NCBI GenBank assembly: GCA_965248695.1 | Contig: CBDFKD010000002.1 | Span: 2,048,001 to 2,112,000, forward strand | DNA length: 64,000 nucleotides | Origin: Acidobacteriota bacterium | GTDB lineage: Bacteria > Acidobacteriota > UBA890 > WLXD01 | Direction of reading: 5' to 3' | In this document: in pieces, positions 18,045-25,940 of the stretch | How the letters are laid out: every line of letters begins with the position of its first letter | Numbering within the stretch: position 1 is the first letter of the stretch | Translations under genes and position numbers: made by a program | The notes under the pieces: model-generated | Told to the model about the DNA's origin: nothing | Database searches by the model: none | The model's input: the letters and a program-made list of their open reading frames with translations, nothing else

Positions 18045-19630
18045 TGGCCGATCGATACGACGTTGTCGTGATCGGCGGCGGCCACAACGGTCTGGTCGCG
18101 GCGTCCTACCTGGCGAAGGCGGGACGGAGCGTACTGGTCCTCGAACGACGTGAAGTAGTGGGCGGCATCGCGGTCACCGAGGAGCTGATCCCGGGTTACC
18201 GATTCTCGACCTGCGCCGATGCCGCATCGTCGTATCTGGCACCGGAGATCGCTGCCGATCTCGGCCTGTCGAGCCACGGCCTCGAGACCATCGAGGCAGA
18301 TCCGGTACTGCTGTCACCGCAGCCGGACGGGAGCTGCCTGCGGTTCTGGCGCGACACGGCCCGCACCGCCTCCGAGATCGAGCGCTATAGCACCGCGGAC
18401 GCGGAATACTATCCGCAGTTCGTCGATCTGATGCAGCGTCTCACCGGCATGCTTTACGGCCTGCTGGCCGTGACCCCTCCGGACATCCCGGATGTGAGCG
18501 GCCGTGATCTGGTCAGCATGCTCGGCCTGCTGGGGCCATTGCGGAAAATGGGGCGCAAGAACATCCCGGAGCTCGCGCGCGTGCTGCCGATGCCGGCGGC
18601 CGACCTGCTCAACGAGTGGTTCGAGTCGGGTGTCGTGAAGGGCGCCATCGCCGCCAGCGGGGTGCGCGCGATGACCTGGGGTCCTCGGGAGGCGGGCACG
18701 GCCTATCTGCTGCTGCACCGCTGGGCCTGCAGCGACACCGATCTGTTCCGTTCCGGATCGCTGGTGCGCGGCGGCGCCGGCAAGCTGACCGCGGCACTCG
18801 CAGCGGCGGCGCGCGACGCTGGCGTCGAGATCCGTACCGGGGAGCCCGTCGCCGCCATCGACCACATCGCCGGAGCGGCCACCGGAGTCTCACTGCAGAG
18901 CGGTGCGTCGATCGCCGCCGACATCGTCGTGTCAGGCGCGTCGCCCCGCACCACCCTCCTGGCGCTGCTCGACCCGACACGCATGCCAGCCGCCACAGTT
19001 CAGCACGCGCGCAACATCAAGTACCGGGGATCCAGCGCCCGTCTGCACCTGGCGCTGAGCGCCTTGCCGGAATTCGTGGGCATCGAGGAGAGCGAGCTGC
19101 GCGCCAGCGGCCACGTTCAAATCGCCCCGACGATAGACTATCTCCAGCGCGCCTACGATCACGCCAAGTACGGCGAGATGTCAGAGCGACCTTACCTCGA
19201 CATCTCGATCCCGTCGGCAGTCGACGACTCGCTCTCGCCTGCAGGTCACCACACGATGTCGATCGCCGTGCAGTACGCGCCGTACCACATTGACGGCGGC
19301 TGGAGCGCAGACCAGCGAGCACGACTGTTGGACACCGTGATGACGACACTGAACGAGTATGCGCCAAGAACCGGCGACCTCGTCGTGGACTCCTGTCTGC
19401 TGACCGCGGCCGATCTGGAGGCGCTTTTCGATCTTCCGGAGGGCAACCTCCACCATGGCGAGATGACCCTCGATCAGCTGCTGTTCATGCGGCCGATCCC
19501 GGGCTCGGCCCGCTACCGTGCGCCGATCGAGAACGTCTGGTTATGTGGGTCCGGGTCGCATCCGGGCGGCGTGCTGACCGGTCTGCCCGGACGCAACGCC
19601 GCACGTCAGATCCTGTCTGGGCGGCCCTGA
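18044..19630 (+). CDS. Phytoene dehydrogenase-like FAD oxidoreductase (COG1233), subunit 2
   Basis: YDVVVIGGGHNGLVAASYLA, GNLHHGEMTLDQLLFMRP, CGSGSHPGG; TGATG coupling to the previous gene. Confidence 0.88.
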   Translation: MADRYDVVVIGGGHNGLVAASYLAKAGRSVLVLERREVVGGIAVTEELIPGYRFSTCADAASSYLAPEIAADLGLSSHGLETIEADPVLLSPQPDGSCLRFWRDTARTASEIERYSTADAEYYPQFVDLMQRLTGMLYGLLAVTPPDIPDVSGRDLVSMLGLLGPLRKMGRKNIPELARVLPMPAADLLNEWFESGVVKGAIAASGVRAMTWGPREAGTAYLLLHRWACSDTDLFRSGSLVRGGAGKLTAALAAAARDAGVEIRTGEPVAAIDHIAGAATGVSLQSGASIAADIVVSGASPRTTLLALLDPTRMPAATVQHARNIKYRGSSARLHLALSALPEFVGIEESELRASGHVQIAPTIDYLQRAYDHAKYGEMSERPYLDISIPSAVDDSLSPAGHHTMSIAVQYAPYHIDGGWSADQRARLLDTVMTTLNEYAPRTGDLVVDSCLLTAADLEALFDLPEGNLHHGEMTLDQLLFMRPIPGSARYRAPIENVWLCGSGSHPGGVLTGLPGRNAARQILSGRP

Positions 19631-20788
19631 ATGTACCGACTGAGCGAGGCCGATCGCGCGATTCAGACACGGGCGCGGACCTTCGTGCAGCAGGAGCTGA
19701 TTCGACACGAGGAGTACGCCGAGTCACACGACGGCGAGTTGCCTGCGGGAGTGCAGGAAGCGCTGCACGCGCGCGTCCTGGAGCTCGGCTTCGGGGCGAT
19801 GAACATGCCCGAAAGTCTCGGGGGCCCAGGCTACAGCTATCTGCAACAGACGCTGATCTCCGAGCAGATCGGGGCGGTGACCAACGGGCTGGGATGGGTC
19901 GTCTGGACGCCGCCGGAGTGGATCGCCGACGTTGCCACTCAGCACCAGCTCGACACCTGGATCATTCCGACGGTCAAGGGCGGCCGCAGCGAGTGCTACG
20001 CGATCACCGAAGAGGGCGCCGGATCGGACGTCGACGCCATCGAGTCGACGGCGATCCGCGACGACGACAGCTACGTGCTCAACGGCGTCAAGTGGCACGT
20101 CACCTCGTACAACCACGCCGACTATCTGTTCTTCCAGGGGAAGCTACCGGCGGGCGAACACGCGCTGTTCTTCGTCGACATCGACACTCCGGGCGTCAGC
20201 GTCCTCCGCACGCCGGCTTACTCGCACACCTACTCGCACCATCACCCGATCGTGAGCTTCGCAGACGTTCGCGTGCCGGCAGCGAATCTGGTCGGCAATG
20301 AAGGTGACGGCATGCAGTACGCCCACGCCTGGTTCCGCTACGAGCGGCTGATGATCGCCGCCCGATGCTGCGGCGCCGCCGAGCGATTGATCGACGAAGC
20401 CTCGGCCTTCGCAAAGCGGCGCATCGCCTACGGCCGACCGATCTCGGAATACCAGGCGATCCAATTCATGCTGGCCGACTCGGTCACCGAGCTGTGGGCG
20501 GCGCGTCTGATGACCTACGAGACGGCGCGCGAGATCGACGCCAACGCCGACGTCAAGCTGCAACATGCGCAATGCTCGATGGCGAAGCTGTACGCCTCGG
20601 AGATGGCCAATCGGGTGGCCGATCGCGCCGTGCAGGTGTTCGGTGGACGCGGTTACATGCGCGAGAACGTCGCCGAGCGTTTCTTCCGCGAGCTGCGCGT
20701 CGACCGCATCTGGGAGGGTACATCGGAGATCCAGCGGCTGATTATCGCGGCGCAGCTGCTCAAGCGAGGTAGCAGCGTTGTCGGCTAG
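19631..20788 (+). CDS. Acyl-CoA dehydrogenase
   Basis: YAITEEGAGSD, LNGVKW, YQAIQFMLAD, SMAKLYASE, QVFGGRGY, RIWEGTSEIQR. Confidence 0.92.
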   Translation: MYRLSEADRAIQTRARTFVQQELIRHEEYAESHDGELPAGVQEALHARVLELGFGAMNMPESLGGPGYSYLQQTLISEQIGAVTNGLGWVVWTPPEWIADVATQHQLDTWIIPTVKGGRSECYAITEEGAGSDVDAIESTAIRDDDSYVLNGVKWHVTSYNHADYLFFQGKLPAGEHALFFVDIDTPGVSVLRTPAYSHTYSHHHPIVSFADVRVPAANLVGNEGDGMQYAHAWFRYERLMIAARCCGAAERLIDEASAFAKRRIAYGRPISEYQAIQFMLADSVTELWAARLMTYETAREIDANADVKLQHAQCSMAKLYASEMANRVADRAVQVFGGRGYMRENVAERFFRELRVDRIWEGTSEIQRLIIAAQLLKRGSSVVG

Positions 20789-21045
20789 CTGAACAGCGGT
20801 CGGGGTCGATATCTCACGCGCCCGGCGGCCCCACCGACCTCGAGGATTGGGATAAATGAATTCAACTACTTGGAGTGAGCATCCAACGCCTTGGATCGAA
20901 AGTCGTCCAGAGCCGGAAACCCAGGCTCTGACGTCAGAATCCGCCCGGGCGTCCGCGTCTCAGCTGCCCCATTCCGGCCACGCTCGCCCATCTTGGCGTC
21001 CGCGGAGAGCCTGTGCATCCAGGCTTACAGCGATCGCCGCCAGGC

Positions 21046-21071
21046 CGGAACGAAGATTGCATACCGTATGC
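21046..21071 (+). promoter_or_regulatory. Putative sigma54 (-24/-12) promoter CGGAACG-AAGA-TTGCA, overlapped by the palindrome GCATAC-C-GTATGC
   Basis: GG at 21047-48 and GC at 21059-60 are exactly 10 nt apart, ~57 bp upstream of the receptor ATG. Confidence 0.6.
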
Positions 21072-21117
21072 GTATATTGTCGAGTATCCAGCACCCCCAA
21101 CAGTAGGGAGGATCTCT

Positions 21118-24066
21118 ATGACGGTCCGGCATAGTGCCAGACTTGCTAGCGTCGCCGTGGTGGCGACGTTTATGTTGATCGCCCCTCTCTTCACCGTGCA
21201 GGCCTTTGCGCAGGGCGCGATGGCCACGGGTGATATCGAGGGATCCGTCCAAGATCCGGACGGCGCCGGCCTGCCGGGAGCGACGGTCACGGTCGAGGGT
21301 CGGAACTTGATCCAGGACTCGTTGACCAAGGTTACCGGCGCCAGCGGTGACTACGTCTTCCGCGCGCTGCGACCGGGCGCCTACACCGTCACGGTGGAAA
21401 TGCCTGGCTTCGCCGGCCAGTTGTTCAACGTCAGCGTCCAGACCGGTATCACCGCCACCGCCAACTTCTCCCTCGAGCTCGAGGGTGTGTCCGAGACCGT
21501 CACCGTCAGCGGTGAGACACCGCTGATCGATGTGACCGAGTCCTCGATCAACGCCAACTACGGCGAGGAGCTCATCCAGAACATCCCGATCGCGCGTGAG
21601 TTTGTCGCGGTTGGCGATCTGACGGCTGGCTTCACCGACCGTGGCGCGTACGGCGCTGGCGCCAACGTCGAGGACGAAAGTACGGGCCGCTATCGTCGCG
21701 GGTCTTCCGCCAACGCCTACAAGATCAACGGCGTCGACGTGACCGAGCCCGACTGGGGTGCCACGTGGATCAACCCGAGCATCGATACCGTCGCCGAGGT
21801 TCAGGTGGTCGGTATTGGTGCCTCTGCTGAGTACGGCAACTTCACCGGTGCCACGATCAACATCGTGACCAAGGGTGGTACCAACGAGTTCTCCGGCTCA
21901 CTCAACTACTACTACACCGGCGGCGGGCTCCGGGGCGACAACTCCGGCGGCTTCGACGACTACAAGCGTGGCGATTTCAAGTACGACCACGATGTCTCGG
22001 CCACGTTCGGTGGACCCATCATCCGCAACAAGCTGATGGGTTTCGGTAACTACGGCCTGCAGCGCCACAACGAAGCCCAATTCGGTAGCGACGTCTACGA
22101 GAACACCAAGCGTCAGCGCTTCCATGGCCGGTTGGACTTCCTCGCCAACGACAAGAACACGTTCGGCATAATGCTCAGCTCGGATCCGGGCACCGACCAG
22201 AACCTCGGCCGCTCCTCGGGCGATGGCCCGGAGATCGGCTACGGGTTCACCTTCGGTTCCCAGACCTGGCTTGCCACCTGGCAGTCGGAGCTCGGGGACG
22301 ACACGTTCCTGGACTTCCGCTACGGCGGCTATCTTGGCGACAACTTCCGCTTCGCCAACTCGTGCAATGAGCCGAATGACCGCGTAAAGCCGCCCGGATG
22401 TACCCTGCCAATCATCAATGCCTGGCAGACCGGTACGAACTACCTGTCCAGCGCCTACAACTGGGATGAGACCAACGGTCGTCACGAGATCAACACCAGC
22501 GTGACCCAGTATGTCGACGACTTCCTGGGCGGCTCCCACACCCTCAAGATCGGTGCGGAGTACGAGAACACGTGGTCGCTGTTCCTGAGCGATTACGGCC
22601 CGGCCTGGATCTCCCTCGGTGACTACTATGGCTATACGTACGCGTATGGCTTTACGTACGATGCCCATCTGGATGTCGGCGTGGTGCGCTATGCCGCCTT
22701 CGTACAGGACGACATCACGTTCAGTGACAACATCACGGCGAACGTGGGCTTCCGCTTTGACAACCCGCAGATCCACGACAGGTGCTGCGAGCGCACCGAC
22801 GCACGGCGTCCGCGCACGGGTGGTCCAGGTGGCCTCTCCGACATTCCTGGCGGAGACCCCAACTTCAACGGTGGCAAGCTCACCAACTACAAGAACTATG
22901 CCCCGCGCCTCGGCCTGAACTGGGACGTCACGGGTCAAGGTACGGTCGTCGCCCACATCGGTTGGGGACGCTACTTCGAGAAGGCGTTGACCTACGGTCC
23001 GATCGCTCAGGGCGGCAACGCCTACGAGTCGGCGGACGATTTCTTCACCTTGCTGCCAGCGGTCGACTACGACAACCTGGCCAATCTCAGTCAGGCAGAG
23101 CTGGCTGATCTGGTAGGTTCAATCATCAACGAGGATACGTTCGTCAACCGCTGGGTCAGCGAGCCTCGAGACATCCCCAACGACTTGAGGATGCCGCGCA
23201 CCGACGCCTTCAACGTCGGGGTGGAGATCGCAGTCGGCCGTGACTTCGCGCTGACCGCGGACTACATCTACAAGAGGGACACGGACTTCCTGATCCAGTC
23301 TGACAGCAACTCACACACATACGAGCCGGTCGAGTACACCAACGACTTCGTCGGATCGACGCAGACGCTGTTCGTCAGGACGGATGACCTTCCGGAAGAC
23401 CTGTCCATGACCAACGATGACTACTATTTCCGTCGTCATCACATGGCCATCCTGGGCTTCCGCAAGCGCCCGAGCGCCGGGTTCAACTTCGATGCCTCGC
23501 TTACCTGGCAGGACACGCAGGGGAACATCGGCAACACGGTGAACACGAACTGGGGCTTCGCTTCCTTCGGTGAGCACGACAAGCCCAACTTCAACGGCCA
23601 CCCGTTCACCGTCGGTAAGCTGACCTTCGACCGCACCTGGCAGTTCAAGCTGCTGACGAACTACCGCCTGCCGGGCGGGATCCTCGCCAGCACCTATTTC
23701 CAGGCGTTGTCGGGGCGTCCGTGGACGCCGTTCCTCCGGGCCCGGGCTACGGGCATCAGCTTCAACGACACCCGCATCCGCAGCATACGCCTGGAGAAGA
23801 GAGGCAACCGTCGTGCACCGGGTCAGGTCAACATCGACCTGCGGTTGCAGAAGAGCTTCGATGTCGGCAACAACCGCATCGAGATCATCGGCGACCTGTT
23901 CAATCTGCTCAACAAGGACAACCCGTGGCGCAAGGGCCGCCAGAGCGGTGAGGTCGGTTCCAGCGTCGGCGGCACCTTCCCGCTGAGCGGCGAGTCAAGT
24001 TTCGGCGTAGTGCGTTGGCCGTCGAAGCCGCGTGAGCTCCGCATCGGTTTGCGCTTCGTCTGGTAG
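21118..24066 (+). CDS. TonB-dependent outer-membrane receptor, Oar-like with N-terminal carboxypeptidase-regulatory-like domain
   Basis: GGGAGG RBS and signal peptide; GDIEGSVQDPDGAGLPGATVTV, SAEYGNFTGATINIVTKGGTNEFSG, FVQDD, APRLG, C-terminal RIGLRFVW. Confidence 0.92.
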   Translation: MTVRHSARLASVAVVATFMLIAPLFTVQAFAQGAMATGDIEGSVQDPDGAGLPGATVTVEGRNLIQDSLTKVTGASGDYVFRALRPGAYTVTVEMPGFAGQLFNVSVQTGITATANFSLELEGVSETVTVSGETPLIDVTESSINANYGEELIQNIPIAREFVAVGDLTAGFTDRGAYGAGANVEDESTGRYRRGSSANAYKINGVDVTEPDWGATWINPSIDTVAEVQVVGIGASAEYGNFTGATINIVTKGGTNEFSGSLNYYYTGGGLRGDNSGGFDDYKRGDFKYDHDVSATFGGPIIRNKLMGFGNYGLQRHNEAQFGSDVYENTKRQRFHGRLDFLANDKNTFGIMLSSDPGTDQNLGRSSGDGPEIGYGFTFGSQTWLATWQSELGDDTFLDFRYGGYLGDNFRFANSCNEPNDRVKPPGCTLPIINAWQTGTNYLSSAYNWDETNGRHEINTSVTQYVDDFLGGSHTLKIGAEYENTWSLFLSDYGPAWISLGDYYGYTYAYGFTYDAHLDVGVVRYAAFVQDDITFSDNITANVGFRFDNPQIHDRCCERTDARRPRTGGPGGLSDIPGGDPNFNGGKLTNYKNYAPRLGLNWDVTGQGTVVAHIGWGRYFEKALTYGPIAQGGNAYESADDFFTLLPAVDYDNLANLSQAELADLVGSIINEDTFVNRWVSEPRDIPNDLRMPRTDAFNVGVEIAVGRDFALTADYIYKRDTDFLIQSDSNSHTYEPVEYTNDFVGSTQTLFVRTDDLPEDLSMTNDDYYFRRHHMAILGFRKRPSAGFNFDASLTWQDTQGNIGNTVNTNWGFASFGEHDKPNFNGHPFTVGKLTFDRTWQFKLLTNYRLPGGILASTYFQALSGRPWTPFLRARATGISFNDTRIRSIRLEKRGNRRAPGQVNIDLRLQKSFDVGNNRIEIIGDLFNLLNKDNPWRKGRQSGEVGSSVGGTFPLSGESSFGVVRWPSKPRELRIGLRFVW

Positions 24067-24107
24067 ACGGACACATGCCGCGGGTTAAGGACCCCGCGTA
24101 GAAGTAC

Positions 24108-24150
24108 AGAGGGCCGGCTGCTCTTGACGGGCAGCCGGCCCTCTCTTTTT
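24108..24150 (+). terminator. Rho-independent terminator
   Basis: 14-bp stem AGAGGGCCGGCTGC / GCAGCCGGCCCTCT followed by CTTTTT, after the receptor stop. Confidence 0.85.
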
Positions 24151-24236
24151 GGATCTTTGGCTGGCCGCGCAAACTGCTCGCCTCGCAAGAGGCTGTCGCC
24201 AGGGCCGTCACACTTCCACCACGGCCTGCCAGTGTC

Positions 24237-25763
24237 CTAGCGACAGGCGGAAACGGCTGCGTACATCGCGCGCAGAACCTCGGTGCCGAGCACGAAGCCG
24301 CGCTCCTGCAGCTGCCCCCAGAGCGCCTGCGCCTCGTCGACGCGACCGCTGCCGTGCAGCGCCAACACGAGCTCGCGATACCATTCGGCCAGCAACGACA
24401 CGTCTCCCGTGGGCGGCGTGAGGAGCGCCAGCGCCCCGGCGTGATCGCCCTGGCGACGCAACACGATCGCCAGACCGAGACTCGCCCGAGGCTCCCCCGG
24501 CGTCCGCCTTAGCGCCGCCCGGTACTCGACGCCCGCCCGCTCCAGATCGCCTCGGAGCAGCAGGCCGCCTGCGGTCCGACGATGCTCCCGCGCATCCGAC
24601 AGAGCCTTGAAGCGCTCGAGCAACGACCGCCCCTCGGAATCCCTCTGCCGCATCAAGACCGTGCCGAGCACGAAAAACGGTTCCGGGTACGATGGATGGT
24701 CCTGTACCAAGATCCGTGCCTCGGCAGCGGCATCGGCGTTGCGACCAAGCTGCATCAGCAGTCGTGCCCGAAACCCTCTGGCGTTGCGCTCCACGGTCCC
24801 GCGGCGCTGTCCCGGCGCCGCCGTCGCCTCGGCCAGCCCGACGATCGCTTCATCGATCTCCGCCAGAGCATCTTGCGTGTGTCCCTCACGGTTCAGCAGC
24901 CGCGCTCGCTGGGATCGGGCGACGCCGTTATCGGGCTGGCGCGCAAGGATCGCGTCGATCTCCCGAACCAGCGCGCCGCGGTCGCCGAGCGCATCGAGTT
25001 GCACCATGAGCCGTACGCGCGCCGCCTCCAAGTCAGGGTCGATCTCCAAAGCCCGCCGAAACGCTGCGACAGATTCGCGCGGCTGTTGCGCCGCCGCCAG
25101 GGCGCTGCCCAACCTCACCCGCAACATGGCATCGTCGGGTCGCAGCTCGACAGCCGCCCGTAACCAGCGTGCAGCGGCCTCCGGATCTTCGTCCTCCTCG
25201 GCCAGTACGGCGGCGCTGAGAAGCGGCCTGTCCCAGTCGGGAGCGGCCTCGGCGGCCGTTTCAACGTAGCGGCGCGCGACCTCGAGGCGTCCGAGCCGGT
25301 AGCAGAGCTCGCCCCGATAAAAGGCCGCCGGCGGAAATCCTGGCATCGCGCGCTCGGTCGCGTCGAGCGCCTCGGCCGCTGCCTCCCATTCCTCTAGCTG
25401 AAGCCAGACCTGCGCCAGCTGGTAGTTCACACGGCCCGGTTCGGGCGTCTGTTCGAGCGCGGCGATCAGATGCGCTACCGCCTCCTCGGCACGGCCGCCA
25501 GCATAGAGGGCGCGCCCGAGATGGTAGCGGACCTGCCAGCTACGCGGCTCCAGCAAAGTCGCGGCTTCGAGCTCCGCGATGGCCTCCTCCAACCGTGCCG
25601 CGCTGAGCAGTTGTATGCCGCGTTGCAAGCGGACATCGACCTCGTCCTGTCCGCTGCCCGGCACGTTGAGCGCCAGCGTGGAGATCAGCGCCAGAGCGAT
25701 CGCCGTCGCCCGCAGGCAGGTCGCAGCGCAGTGCCGGCCGCCGCGAATCCACACGCCCTCCAT
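24237..25763 (-). CDS. Tetratricopeptide-repeat protein, probably exported
   Basis: Hydrophobic N-terminal segment; repeated TPR patterns (YHLGRALY, YQLAQVW, RLGSALA, FVLGTVL); start uncertain. Confidence 0.75.
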   Translation of the reverse strand: MEGVWIRGGRHCAATCLRATAIALALISTLALNVPGSGQDEVDVRLQRGIQLLSAARLEEAIAELEAATLLEPRSWQVRYHLGRALYAGGRAEEAVAHLIAALEQTPEPGRVNYQLAQVWLQLEEWEAAAEALDATERAMPGFPPAAFYRGELCYRLGRLEVARRYVETAAEAAPDWDRPLLSAAVLAEEDEDPEAAARWLRAAVELRPDDAMLRVRLGSALAAAQQPRESVAAFRRALEIDPDLEAARVRLMVQLDALGDRGALVREIDAILARQPDNGVARSQRARLLNREGHTQDALAEIDEAIVGLAEATAAPGQRRGTVERNARGFRARLLMQLGRNADAAAEARILVQDHPSYPEPFFVLGTVLMRQRDSEGRSLLERFKALSDAREHRRTAGGLLLRGDLERAGVEYRAALRRTPGEPRASLGLAIVLRRQGDHAGALALLTPPTGDVSLLAEWYRELVLALHGSGRVDEAQALWGQLQERGFVLGTEVLRAMYAAVSACR

Positions 25764-25940
25764 CCTCAGCAGAAATCTGAGCCTCACGGACAGGATCGCC
25801 TCGCATCCGCGGGCCGACGATCTGGTGAGCCGGCCCAGTACACCTATAGACTACATGGATGCCCGTCGGGCAAGCCGCTGGTCGGAGTGGCGCGCCGCCC
25901 ACCGCTCGGCCTCATCGACCGGTGCCGACTCCAAGCCATC

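Noticed and set aside
16443-19630. Carotenoid biosynthesis (crtI/crtO)
   Set aside because: No phytoene synthase or other crt genes; the genes are coupled to GcvT-like and acyl-CoA dehydrogenase genes.
20790-20803. TGAAC-AGCG-GTCGG as a fifth TetR operator
   Set aside because: The right arm is poorly matched and the site lies just after a stop codon, far from a promoter.
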